Part shown: positions 24,498 to 36,728 of the stretch, piece by piece | Layout: the number at the start of each line of letters is the position of its first letter | Position numbering within the stretch: position 1 is the stretch's first letter | DNA from: Lophium mytilinum | Lineage: Eukaryota | Direction: 5' to 3' | DNA length: 64,000 nt | NCBI GenBank assembly: GCA_010093605.1 | Contig: MU004181.1 | Span: 1,302,001 to 1,366,000 of the forward strand | Notes under the pieces: generated by a model | What the model was told of the DNA's origin: nothing | Seen by the model: only the letters and a program-made list of their open reading frames with translations | Database searches by the model: none | Program-made: the position numbers and the translations under genes

Positions 24498-25577
24498 ATG
24501 CCTCATACAAGGTCTGGTACGTCCTCCACCAGGACTCTCACCAGCTCTCCCCGATCGTCTCCCCCCATCTCCACCACCTCGGTATCATCCGCCATCAAAG
24601 CTAGCCAGGCCATAAAGCGCCTAGCGATCCTCCGCACCACCACCCCAACAATCCACTCCCTGCTTGCGGCTATCACTACCGCCCTCTCCGATTTCGACAC
24701 CGCCCTCTCCACCTTCGCCACCCAGGAAATCCTCCTCAGCACCCTTCGCTCAGAACATGAAGCCCCACCCGAAGGTGTGATCGACCCCGCCTCTCCTACT
24801 CTCGCCAGTCTCTTAGCCATGACACGCCTCGAACCGGAAGAACTCCCCGATCCGGAAGAGCAGGTCATGGAGACATTCGCGCGCGAGCATGCCGTCATTC
24901 TCGTTGCTGCTCTGTCCCGCGCCTCGGATAACGTGCAGTACCTCATCGACTGTCTCGGTACCTGCTATTCCGGGCGCACAGACGACACATGTGACGCGCT
25001 CTTCTTGCACGACTGCAGCGGCATCAGTGTTCTGGGCAAGGACGTAAACCGCATCAGACTCAGGAATGTCTTGCGCAGCTTGTCCGCTTCGGCAAGGGAG
25101 CTCCTCACACGGATCGTGACGGCGGTGGATGAAGATAAGGAGGTGGAAAATGAAGTGAAGGAAACGTGGGTAGCAGCTTTTAAGACCGAGTCAGAGCGGG
25201 CTGCGAGGGTTGTGCAGAGGCTGAAGGAGGCGGTGGTAGTGTTCGAGACGATTGAGGTGGATTGGGAGGGCGACGAAAGTATGGATGTGGAGAGCCAGAG
25301 CGGTACTGGGATTGGAGGATCTGATGCTGGCAGTGCCTGTGGGTTGCGTGCTGGAACGCCCCCGACTGGCAATGATGCTATGACACCCAGCTGGCATGGC
25401 TCTGGTCTCCACAGTCCTGCGAGATCTGCAGCTAGTGGGAAGTGCTACCTGTGCGGGAGGAGTCCTGTGGTGTCTCCGGCAGGCAGTGTGCGTAGCTCGC
25501 ACATACCAAGCAGCCCTGCGAGATCACTGACGGGTAGTGCTTGTGCTTGTGGAGAAGATCATGTAGGGGTGAACTAA
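24498..25577 (+). CDS. Hypothetical protein (helical core, Ser/Gly/Cys-rich tail)
   Basis: 359-aa intronless ORF with CAACATG start context; no recognised domain. Confidence 0.65.
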   Translation: MPHTRSGTSSTRTLTSSPRSSPPISTTSVSSAIKASQAIKRLAILRTTTPTIHSLLAAITTALSDFDTALSTFATQEILLSTLRSEHEAPPEGVIDPASPTLASLLAMTRLEPEELPDPEEQVMETFAREHAVILVAALSRASDNVQYLIDCLGTCYSGRTDDTCDALFLHDCSGISVLGKDVNRIRLRNVLRSLSASARELLTRIVTAVDEDKEVENEVKETWVAAFKTESERAARVVQRLKEAVVVFETIEVDWEGDESMDVESQSGTGIGGSDAGSACGLRAGTPPTGNDAMTPSWHGSGLHSPARSAASGKCYLCGRSPVVSPAGSVRSSHIPSSPARSLTGSACACGEDHVGVN

Positions 25578-25983
25578 GTTTTCCGAGACTTCGGAAGGCA
25601 GTAGAGGTATTGACTGCGTTGTGCGTAGGGCTTTGCGAGTGACAGTCGGCTGGCCGGCAAGTATCTAGCGGCTGCTCTAGTCCGGTATGTATTGACAATT
25701 TAGGAGAAATAGACTATCTTTTGCTCCACCGCTAGTTCAGTTATTATAGACTATTTGTTGCTTAACTGGAGTATTTTAACGTAGCTCCATGAAATATGCC
25801 TCCCCATTTTGTCCCATAGTGCCCATGTGCTTCCATGATAGTAGAAAAGGATACAATGCATATGCAGATACGGATATAAAGTCTTGCGTTTGCAGGAGAG
25901 ATATCAACCATAGGAATTAGAAGCCTAAACAGATTCGCAACCGAAGCACTGAGGTCGACCGTGAGAAACGCGAAGGGACGGAC

Positions 25984-27764
25984 CTACCATTCGACCTCCC
26001 TGCCTAAGATATCCCAACCAACGAGCCTCCAGACCTCCTGCTTAAACCATTCGGCGACGTCCTTCTCTTCTACTTTTGGATGTGACGGCAAAGCTGCCAA
26101 GCGAGGAGGCATCCTAAGGCAGTCGAGGAAGTCGTCTTTGTCGTCTCCTCCGAACATGCAATTGATGAGTGTCTGCTGAAGGCGCTCTTTTGCGTGCCGA
26201 TTCAAGGCAACTTTCGCACCAATCGTTGGACGTCTAGGACCCAGATTAGGTTTGCTAGATTGTGATCCGCCTTTCGCAGGCTTCGACACCGCTTCGGAGT
26301 GATCGTGCATATGGTGTGGAGCGTGAGAGATCGCTTTCTCTAGCATGGCAATGAGGTTCGGGATCTCTAGCCGAAGAGCACTTTGCTCCAACTCCTTACC
26401 AGGTCCAGCAGATGCAGAACCAAGATTCTCTGGCGGGCTGATATCTCCTTCGATAGTTGCACTTCGCTCGCGGTCGAATGTGCAGACGTAAAGGCGCTTT
26501 CCAATGCGTTCAAGCAGAACAAACATGAAGCCTTCAAACAACTGCTTGTGCAGTATGTCGCCGACATCAAGGTAAGAGATGACAGCGTTGAGAAACTGAG
26601 CAATAGCTCGAGAGGTGGTATCCTGTACATATTTGATAGCCTTTGCACGGCTCTTTCCGGTAGCCGCGGAAGAGCTGGCTGCTCCCGCCACCTGCGTGTT
26701 GAGCTTTGCTGTTGCCAGAGCGGATTCTGTGATGCCGTCAAGGATAGTCCGAAACATCTTGACACATTCGTAGACTACTATGCCTGCAAGTTGGGTTTGG
26801 CGATGTTCTGAAAGTCTGGCTAGGCCAACCAGCAACGAAGTGAAGACTCGGGCTGAAGCTCTGATAGTCGACCCTAGATCAAGTTGCTCTTTCGCGAGAA
26901 GAACGGACTCTACTGTCTGGTTTTGTTTACCCGCGGGCATAGAGGAGGTCATGGCTGAATCTTGTCGCTTGCACAACGAAAATATCACGGACCCCAAGGA
27001 ACGAGCAGTTTGAACCAGATTGAAACATAGTGCTTGGGAGTCCGCGCTTGACTGCCAAGACTGCTTGTACAACTTGTGGACGCTGTACAAGCTGTTGGCT
27101 AGAGTGGTGCCGACTATTTCAAATCAGATTGGTAACATAACGTTTGCATGCGAAGTGCGACTTGCCTTCTCCCACGTGGCTGAGAACATCATAGTCTTCG
27201 GAGAAAGGGTCGTTGGTAGCTTCACCTAGCACAGTGCTATCGTCTGATACTTTAGGGCGTTTAACAGGCTTGGAGGTCGAGGAAGGTTTCGCTGCATCCC
27301 GTTTACGCTTCGAGGAAGTGGTCGCCGGCCCTGAAGACCTGGCATCTGCTAGGAGGCGCTCCAGATCGTCCTTTCCCCGCTCAAGGTGAGAGACCTTAGC
27401 TTGGAGCTCGAGTCTAACTCTCTCTGCCCGTTCGAATTGGTCCCGCCAGTAACCAGCGCCATCGAGATGCTGATGCTGGACTGCATTTAGCACTGGCTGC
27501 TTCCCACGCCTCAGATGCTGGCGCAGGCCGAGTATAAAATCTAAGACCAATTTAGCGGTACTTCTTAGCTTAGGCGTGCGGTCTAGGAGATGAAATACCC
27601 CTAATCGAGACATCATCTGGCTTCGACTTGAGAACGGCAACGGCGAGTGCGATTTGCAATGACGAAGGTACGGCCTGAGGGGGAATCGAGGGTGGATCTA
27701 AAGGTGCTGTTGAGGGCGCCTTTGACACTGTTTTTAGAGCACAAGGAACCGTTGCTGGAGCCAT
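25984..27764 (-). CDS. Fungal protein of unknown function with coiled coil and basic NLS-like patch, 3 exons
   Basis: ORFs 27570-27845, 27119-27640 and 25984-27090 join through an intron near 27542-27598 and a GC-AG intron at 27114-27165. The protein ends WFKQEVWRLVGWDIL. Confidence 0.75.
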
Positions 27765-27981
27765 TGAAATTGTAGTGAAATGGATGGAAGATTGATTGAT
27801 TTTGCAGATGTCCTCCTTTTTAGGTTTCAGCACGGGCCTCGGCACACGGAAACGACCACTCTTCTCTAAAGTCCTTCATAACAGGACACCGCGTGGAGCT
27901 CGATTTTAGTAGCACTACACGCTGATCTGATGAAGCTAACTCCTTCTGAGTCTTGCGTCTGGTCCACCTTCCTTCAACCCC

Positions 27982-28299
27982 CTAATCCCAGCACTTAGCT
28001 GAGTACAACCACCCAATGTTCGAGTTATGACACCCCGACGTCTCGCCCTGGTGGTTTCCCCCGCAGTTCCAATCGGTGTAAAGTTCGCACCACATTTCAG
28101 GCTTGTCAATAGAGAAAGATGCTACCCCCTCTTTAAGGTTGAAGCAATTCCCGTTGCTCCAGCTATCGCCCTCGGTCCATCCGTTTGTGTTTTGACCGCA
28201 AGTTTCTCCACAATAACAGGACCGTGTCTGGAGTTCGTATGCGGAACTCATGGGGAGAACGACGGAGAAGAAGAGCGCGGTGATAGCGGAAAGACGCAT
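27982..28299 (-). CDS. Small secreted cysteine-rich protein (105 aa, 8 Cys), beta/gamma-crystallin-like motif
   Basis: Signal peptide MRLSAITALFFSVVLPMSSA, LQTR pro-site, WCELYTDWNCGG and SAKCW motifs. Confidence 0.8.
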   Translation of the reverse strand: MRLSAITALFFSVVLPMSSAYELQTRSCYCGETCGQNTNGWTEGDSWSNGNCFNLKEGVASFSIDKPEMWCELYTDWNCGGNHQGETSGCHNSNIGWLYSAKCWD

Positions 28300-29243
28300 C
28301 GTGGTGTTCTAGATGAGCTGTAAGCGAAGAAGAAAACAGGTGCACATATTTTAGCGGCGAATGTAGAGTGCCTCATTATCGGTCTGAGTAAGCTCCTTTA
28401 CCACTGTCAAGGTCGTTCCCAGCCGCTGTCGAATACATGAATGCCAGGAAAGGTTATTGATTCGGAAACTCGCTGGACCACTTCTGGCGGCTTCTTCGCC
28501 GAAGTGCGATAAGCCCTACGAAGATCTAAAAATACGTTGAAGTACCAGGACCATTCTGAGAAGAGCGTACGAGGGCTTGTAACGGAGCACTGCATGCTCT
28601 GAGATTTGAAATTTGACGTACCTTCGGATATGATCGGCGGGAAGATACAGTTGTATTGTGCCTTTTTCTTTCGCTTTTAGAGAACAGTACACGGGAGAGA
28701 TAATTATTTCTACCTCTTAAGCTACATTTCGGCGAAGATATTGAACTCGGAGTACAGAACATTGTGGACATGCCAAATGGAGCCATTGCTGAGCAATGGT
28801 TAGTACCTTGTAAGCATAGCCCTGGCTGCCTGGTTCATAGTCATTGTGCTTATTGGGTCCGTGTGCGATCATCAGGTTACTCAGGTACGCGGGATGCCAA
28901 TCAGCCTTGCCGCTACTGAGGTTAGCCTATGATGTAGCTTGCACGAACCCGGTAATGATTCCACATCGTGATTTTGGCATGGATGGAATGACATAATATG
29001 CATGCACGAAGTACTCGGAGTACCATCAAGCAGTAAATGCGGGGTCTGGTACGCTTTAGCATTGCCCTTCCGAATATAGTTAGAAAAGCTGGACGAATAT
29101 GCGTGTGAGACGGAGGCAGAACGAAGCGGCAGTTCGACGTCCTATGTGTGCGTCTAACTATGGCTCGACATAAATTGCCCAAATTCCCACCTTGGTGGGT
29201 CAAGTGAATTGTCTGGAACTCTTTGTAAATTTTACCATAAACT

Positions 29244-31331
29244 ATGGCTTCGACTTTCGATTTCATCATTATTGGCGGTTTGTTCATTCCCGCTTTACTG
29301 GACTGGATTATATACAGGCCCAGTTAGTACATTTCAGCGTGGGCCAATACTGACTGCGTCTGCAGCTGGAACATCGGGATGTCTTCTTGCTAATCGTCTC
29401 GCCCAAGCCCGGACCCGCCCATCAGTGCTGCTGATTGAGGCCGGCGGTCGGCCGGAGGGCGATACCTTGCGTGCTCCATTCCATCGTTGGACACCTGCGT
29501 TCACGCGTCCAGATTTGGACCATGGCTACTCAACAGTGCCGCAAAAAGAACTGAATGACCGCTGCATCTCGTATGCTAGAGGCAAAGGGCTGGGCGGAAG
29601 CAGTATCTTGAACTTTGCGGTCTATCTTTATGGGTCTAAAGAGGACTATAACAGGTGGGCGGAGCTGGTGGGCGATGATAGTTGGAGATGGGAAGAGACG
29701 AAGGAGCGTTTCAAACGGGTGCGTCGAGTTCATCACCTGTTATGGAACTTTCTGACCACTCGCTCTACAGATTGAAAATTACGATACGTCGGCTGCGCAT
29801 AAGTACTCGAAGTACGCAGACCCGAAGGCTGAAGACCACGGCCATGAGGGGTATGTTCTTGTCAGTTCTCAAAGAAGGACTGATCGTGCTGAAAGTGTAT
29901 AGGACTGTAGACATATCCATTCCGGTCGCTCTTGAGAAAGGATGCGAGGCGTATTTAGACGCCTCGTTGAATCTTGGGGTCGGTGTTTCTGCCTGATAGA
30001 TGTCTTCACGGCTAACAGTAATAGCACCCACTGAACCTGGATCTAAATTCTGGAGACCCAATCGGCGTAGGCGTATTTCCAGGCTCGTACTCTAAGGCAG
30101 GCAGGACCACTAGTGCAACTGCACATCTGGCAAACCCGCCAAGCAATCTTACCATCTGGACCGAGACTAAAGTGGCACGACTATTGAAGAACGGGAAGAA
30201 GATCGTTGGCGTTGAAGTTGATGACGGACGAAAAGGCAAGACCCAGAACGCGAAGCGACTTCTGTAGGAGAAAGCACTAATGATTTCGCCAGCCACTTCT
30301 CTCAAGGACGTCATTGTGAGCGCCGGAGCCTTCGATACGCCAAAATTGCTCCTGTTGAATGGCATTGGTCCTGCTGCGGAGCTTAAAGCTCACGGCATTG
30401 AGGTTGTTAAGGACCTCCCTGGCATTGGAAAAAACCTGAGTGACCACATCATGGCCTTTGTATGCGCCGAGGTCGACGCGGATCTGACAGAGAGGTACGC
30501 CTTTGAAAGTAATTCAGACGGCGTCCGTGATGCACAACAGCTGTGGAACGAAAGCCAAACAGGTCCCATGGCCCATCACAATGGCACGCTGTCCGGAGGG
30601 TTTTTCAAGGATCCTCATCTGGAAGAATATCCGGAGTTCTACGCCCTGCCAGAAGACGTTAAGCAGTATATGTCGAAGCCGACTGTTCCGGCTTGGGAGG
30701 TTATTGCCGGTGCACTGCTTTTCCCACCGGGGTCACAGTTGTCTCCGAATTCTGACTACCTGTCAACTGTGACGTTCTTGATGAACCCCCAGTCTAAAGG
30801 AGAGATTACCTTACGTTCTGCGAACCCCCAAGATACCCCAATAATCGACTTCAAGTACATGGAGCATCCGTACGATAGAAAGGTGATGACAGAGGCGGTT
30901 CGGAGTACGGTGGATCTCTTCCAGAAGTCCGATTTGAAGAAGTATTTCAAACGTTTCCTCTTCGCGCCGGAGAATGGATCTGATGAGAGCGTCCAGGTAA
31001 GCAAGACACGTTTGAAACATAGTCCCTTCTTTAACGCCTGCCAGAAATTCCTGAAGGACGCTGTTGGGACTGTATGGCATGCGCACGGGACGGCAAAGAT
31101 GGGGAGACCTGACGATTCGACGGCTTGCGTCGACACTGCCTTTCGAATATTCGGAGTAGACGGCCTTCGCGTCGTTGATCTAAGCGTCGCTCCAGTCACA
31201 ACTAAGTAAGCTAAAGCATGTGTTTGTACATAGAACTTGGACTGACATAAAGAAGCAACCACACTCAACCTACGGCGTATCTGATCGGTCAAAAAGCGGC
31301 GGAGGTGATCATCGAAGAATATGGTCTTTGA
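29244..31331 (+). CDS. GMC oxidoreductase (AA3, choline/glucose dehydrogenase-like), intracellular, about 8 exons
   Basis: MASTFDFIIIG|AGTSGCLLANRLA FAD motif, RGKGLGGSSILN, SAGAFDTPKLLLLNGIG, TVWHAHGTAKMG, GVDGLRVVDLS, NHTQPTAYLIG; no signal peptide. Confidence 0.92.
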
Positions 31332-31572
31332 TGAAGCGCAACAGGTGACGTCTAGCAACATCGCTGGCTGTCTCGAGGTCTTCCATATCTTGCCGATCCA
31401 TGGGCCTTTCCTATGAAGATCGTGATCGAAGCAGATAGATCTAGTGTAGATAGATGCAAGTAGCATATCATGAAAAGAGAGATCCAATACTCACACAGCC
31501 GGTGCACTAATATAGCGGGCATATATAATACACATCCTACAGATCTTACTAACTTTTACAAGCCTGCTTTCT

Positions 31573-32928
31573 CTACCGGTATCTAGCACCATCCTTCTTC
31601 TTATATGGGAGAGGCTCAACGCGTTTCCTCTTGAACTCCATATTCACCTGGTCTCCCAAGCCTGCTCTCTGCATGACACCGGCCATATTCTCGTCCCACT
31701 TCGTCCTGAAAACGGTGACGCCCACTGGCGTCAATTTCTGCTTGTCCATAAAGCTCCGAAGAATGAATCCGTCTCTCTTTGTGCTATCTCCAACCTTAGC
31801 AGTGTCGATAACCTTGCCATCTGCTTGTCGTAGGAGGAAGACAGCTAGTCGATGGTAAGGGGCGCCCCTGTGAGCTGTTGGTGGGAGCCAAGGGAGAGCG
31901 ATGTGCTTCGCACTAGCATCTTTGACTCTCAAATCGAGTTGGTTTAGAGCAATGGAAGTCGAGGTTGGCGAGATCGGGATGTTTGAAGCAATGAAATGAC
32001 ACCGGTAATCGAAACCATCCCTCTGCACAATAGGAACATCCGGGTCCACCACCACTACCGTAACGAGCCTCTCTCCCTTGTCAAAGACTTGAACCTTTAG
32101 CCTAGGTACATTCTCACTAATCAACGAGTCCACAAAATCGCCATGTGGTATTTTGTGGCGACCGAAAGCAAGGTCGACTTCTGCAACAGGGTCCAGATTT
32201 GGGAGGATATCGGGGACGAGGTTCAGTTGGGAAATGCGCTGTTCTAGGATCTTTCGTCGATATTGGCGCCACTGCTTGTCCGCAAGATATCGGTAGATAG
32301 GCTTGTTCATATCCCCTGAGATGAGTTAGAAAACAGGGTATTGCCAAATATGAGCATCAAGGGTCCCACCTTCGCCATCTTCATGCTTCTTCTTGACCAC
32401 GGGGTCGTTGATATCTGCCAGAATTTTTAGTTCTTCCAGGCGATTGTGCATGCTTCGGAGCCGGTTTTCTTTGGCTTGCTTTCCACCACTGATAGCTTCA
32501 TCTTGGGCCTTCAAATTCGCGATCCTTAGCCTTGCAACTTCGATCTGCTTGATCTTCTCTTGCCGATCATCTTGGAGCACTTTTCGCGCGTCCTGGAAAC
32601 ATTGATAGGGGAGTTGTTCGAAGGGTATGTTCAGAGAATCTTTCAGAGCGGCCCGACGTCTTCGAGAACCAATTGGCATAACGCCCCGGAAGCGAATCAA
32701 ACGCCTCTCATCGCGTTTGCCAACGACAGTCGCTGGGTCGAGTTCAGGGAATTTGTCTACTCTTTCGACCTTCTCGACTTTGTTCACTTGTACATCTTCG
32801 GAGGTCCGCGCCGTCGAGGAGAGGAGTCGAGCGGAGCTGGCAACGAAGGGGCCGTTGCCATTGCCGGGTTGTCGAATGCATCGTAAACACGAATTCAAAG
32901 GATGCACAGCATGTTTTACAGGCGCCAT
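31573..32928 (-). CDS. MRPL35: Mitochondrial large ribosomal subunit protein mL38 (PEBP domain), 2 exons
   Basis: Arg-rich presequence, PFEQLPYQCFQDARKVL, DMNKPIYRYLA, VVVDPDVP, PYHRL. Confidence 0.92.
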
Positions 32929-33092
32929 GATGTCGATTGGCGCGAGGCGCGTGGTCGGGGGAGGTGATGGGGAATGGGATGAAGTTCTCGGCCTCTCCCA
33001 AGTTAGCGAACTTTTTTTGAGCCGCATTGACGACCTCCACTTTCTGCATCCAGCAGCACCAGCGGCATCCACTCCCTACTAGACCGCCGACC

Positions 33093-34079
33093 ATGGCAGC
33101 ACGACACGTCTCAAACCCGCTACGGGGCATAATATCTCAATTGAGCAGGACAAGCGTCGCACAGGAGGGCCTTGCCGTACGATGCCCGCCCTCCCCTTCC
33201 GTCTGGATCCATCTCTAATGCTATGTCTAGAATACTCGCTCCCCGAATCTCACCCGCTCGATAACTACCCAATCTACTGTCTCCTCACCTGAAGCCACGC
33301 AACTGTATCCATCAGCAGAGATCACAAGTTCACCCGAGCACATCAATGTCTCTACGAACCCCTCGCCCGCGCCCATTGGCCCACAAGCCGTCACAGCTAC
33401 CATCTTCTCATTCCCAGCTCTCGAACCCCTCCGCTTCGAATACTACCCCGCAAACTACCTCTATCTACCTACCCGTCGTGATATCCTGCACCGCGCCATT
33501 GTCTACGAGGGTGACATGACCCGCTTGGGCACGGCCTCCACCAAATGGCGCGAAGAGGTCCACGGTTCGACGAGAAAAGTTCGACCACAGAAGGGTTCGG
33601 GTAAAGCGCGTCTCGGCGACAAGAAGTCCCCCATGCTACGGGGTGGTGGGGTGGCATTCGGCCCTAAGCCTCGCGACTTCAGCACCAAATTACCACGGAA
33701 GGTGTACGATCTGGCGTGGCGGACAGCGCTGAGCTATCGGTACCGGAAGGGTGAGCTGATCATCGTGGATGAGAGCTTAGAGATGGAAGATTACAGTACT
33801 GGATACGCTAGGGAGGTGTTTGAGGCGCATCAGTGGGGCCGGCCGCATGGTCGGAGTTTGTTAGTGACTGAAGGGGCGAGGCACGAGAGGCAGAACCTGT
33901 TCAGGGCTCTTGATGGTATGGGGGAGGAGGGAAGGGCCCTGCCATGGGAAGATGTAGATGTCAAAGATTTGTTGGAAATGGGGAGAATAGTGGTGGAGAG
34001 GGGAGCATTGGCCAGGATTCTGGAGGCCCATCAAACCGATTTGACCAAGACGAAGAGATTAGTAAACAAGTTGGAGTAG
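33093..34079 (+). CDS. YML6: Mitochondrial large ribosomal subunit protein uL4m, 2 exons
   Basis: RLGTASTKWREEVHGSTRKVRPQKGSGKARLG..SPMLRGGGVAFGPKPRDF (L4 signature); intron 33177-33230. Confidence 0.93.
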
Positions 34080-34431
34080 AGGGAAGCTATATCAAGGAGT
34101 TTGTAAAATCACGCAGAGATTTGCTGTTTGGGGCTGTATGGTAGGACGGGACGGCAAAGAGCATCTGGGAGGGCGCAGTGGTGTATAAGTACTGTGTATT
34201 TTACAGCTATGTAAATAATATATCACATCCACAAAAAGACCCTTCATTCACTCGACTCCTTGAATCTGGGTGAACTCCAAATGCCCAAGTCGCCCGAATC
34301 TGACACCTAGAGACACTGTATCAACAGAATGTCAATGAAATATACCAGCTTCATGTCGTGAATCCTCTCTGAGTCTGACAGATTGTAGTCTGCTTCTTCT
34401 GAGTTCTGGTTTCCAATTCCTACAAAACCTG

Positions 34432-35190
34432 TTACTCCTTATCCTGGTCTGACTTCTTTTCAATTAGGGCTCCATCAAAGTACAATGTCATCACTCCCCC
34501 TATGGTGCCGTCCGCCTTTTTAGTCTCAGAAGACCCTTTGCACTCTCTCACCGCGTCCCTGACCTTCTCCAAAACCGCCTCCGCCTCCTCCCGCGTAGCC
34601 TTCCTCTTCGCCTTTGCCTTAGTCCCCAGCATGACCTCCACTTTCCTCCCCTGCATCAAAAACTCTTTTAATCTGTTCAGTCTATGCCTCAAATCATTCG
34701 CATCAATCGCCCAATTGACTTCCAGTTGCTTTTTCGACGCCAAAACCGACTTCTGCTTGCTTGCTTGTTTTAGTTTTGTTTTCCGTCGCTGTTGCAGCTC
34801 CCGTTTGGCAACGATCTTGCAGGTCGGCAGCGAGTCAGGATCGCTGGGTGTAGGCAGCTCTCCGTTGGGTTTTGAGAGAAGGACAACGTGAAATTGTTCG
34901 CGGTCCAGACCGCTTAGCGTGTTGCGCAGTCGGCAGGCGGGGTGGAAGCCCTGCTCGTCGACGAGGTTGATGTAGGTGCTGCGAATGTTCTCATCGACTG
35001 TGTAGGTGTCTTGTATCGGGGTGGCCCAGCTTTTGTGGCGTCGAGAAGGAAGAGAGATTATGGGTCTGACTATGAACGGCGTAGGCTGCCTGAGAGCTCG
35101 CAAAGGTGACGCGTAGGCCTGTTGGAGGGAGGGCTGGATGAAGACACGGTAGAGGGCACGGGTGGTGCCGGCGAGGTGAGTGGCGGGCAT
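34432..35190 (-). CDS. Mitochondrial translation initiation factor IF-3 (Aim23/mtIF3-like)
   Basis: Presequence-like N-terminus; DENIRSTYINLVD, PTCKIV and KQLEVNWAIDANDLRHRL..FLMQGRKVEV (IF3 N- and C-domain patterns). Confidence 0.85.
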   Translation of the reverse strand: MPATHLAGTTRALYRVFIQPSLQQAYASPLRALRQPTPFIVRPIISLPSRRHKSWATPIQDTYTVDENIRSTYINLVDEQGFHPACRLRNTLSGLDREQFHVVLLSKPNGELPTPSDPDSLPTCKIVAKRELQQRRKTKLKQASKQKSVLASKKQLEVNWAIDANDLRHRLNRLKEFLMQGRKVEVMLGTKAKAKRKATREEAEAVLEKVRDAVRECKGSSETKKADGTIGGVMTLYFDGALIEKKSDQDKE

Positions 35191-35476
35191 CGCGAGAACA
35201 TGCAGTCCTAAGCAGAAGGGAGATCGAGTAAACAACGAGACGCGGTCGAAGGAAAGACGTCAAAGAGTGTGGATGTCAATTCTCCAAGCATCTACACAAA
35301 TTTCATGGGGTCGAGGACTTTGGAGGAAGCTCGGGCCAGCTTCACCTCCGATGTCCTCCTCCGCCCCGCTGCCTGACATTCACACTCTTGCTGCGGCTTC
35401 CTTGATAGAACCTCAACATGCCTTCCGAACACCACAGTCTGTTTGGTAGTACAACACCCACATTCATACTACCACC

Positions 35477-36218
35477 ATGAGCTCCTGGCTTGTGCAGTAC
35501 GGCTCTGCGCTGGACGTGCGTGATGCACGAGAGCAAAAGCATAGCGCGTATATCAGTGCCTGTAAGTGAGCTTGGAATACCATATCTATATCAAATAGTC
35601 TTTGGGAAATTCCTGCATTCTTCTTCGTGTTGCTGGTCTCCAACGACCATACCATCTTGACCCATATCCTAACCCAAATATGTAGATACAAAGCTCGCAG
35701 ACCGCACCGCAACTCTGAGCTCCCAGCCAACAGCGAGTCCTGCAGAGACGCTCCCGGGAACACCTCTACCAAAGCCCGCGCGCCCAAGTACACCGAGAAA
35801 TAAACCGGCTCTGCCTCCTCATGAGCCGCTCACGGCCGAACATCTCGCTCTCATGCGCGCCGAGCTCACGGCCGCCCAAAGTGCTCGTACCGCTCTTGAA
35901 GCCCGCGTGAAAAGTTTATCCTCTGAGCTTAGCAGCTTCCGAACCCAGTCCACCGCCCAGGCGTCGCAGATAATACATTTGGAGCAGACAAAACAGCACT
36001 TGGAGCGAAGGGTCAACGATAGAGCGGAGGAGCTCAAAGGCAAGGGCCGATTAGTCGTGAACGTGCAGGATGAGATGGTGGCACTCGAGCTGCAGCTCAA
36101 TATGTCAGAGCAGAAAGTTGAGAAACTCGAAACCGAGAATCAAGAGTTGACTAGGCGGTGGTTAGCGAAGATGGAGCAAGAGGCGAGCGACATGAACAAT
36201 AGTCCTTTTACCCGGTGA
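35477..36218 (+). CDS. ATG16: Autophagy protein Atg16, 2 exons
   Basis: MSSWLVQYGSALDVRDAREQ...Y|TKLADR Atg5-binding helix, coiled coil, QDEMVALELQLNM..LETENQELTRRW. Confidence 0.9.
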
Positions 36219-36728
36219 ACGTCGTGGTAATAGAGACCTTTCACTATAGGATACGGAGCTGGACTATGATTTATACAATAGTACATCAAGCGGAAACGCA
36301 CGAAGCGCCCTCAGGGTACTTGAGTACCTTTGGTTGCTGGTTACTTGGTTAAATAACACTATCCAATTTTCAAATGTGACCCTTAGATCACTAGTACATG
36401 GTCCTATGTGATATTCTTCCCCCGGGGAAAGTCCAGTAGAGTCTTGTCTTCGAATAATACTATTCGCAAAGTCCCTGTATAGTCTAGATGATTCCTTCTG
36501 GAATGGCCCAACGAAATTCGAAATATACAAATGTAAAAGCACATATTTATCAGATGTTTGCACGCGTATCAAGACACCTCTAACATTGGTAAATAAATGT
36601 AAACAGATGGTGGGTGAATAGACGTGGGGCTGGTGCCTGGATATAACACCCCGCGCTAGCTCATTTATCTATCGAGCTCAACCTCGAAGCTCTCCACAAA
36701 CATCATTGCTCCACCACACTCGCCCACC

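Noticed and set aside
3076..31331. Secondary-metabolite cluster (TF, reductase, GMC oxidase, hydrolase, transporters)
   Set aside because: No PKS, NRPS, terpene or other backbone gene, and the genes are dispersed among unrelated conserved loci.
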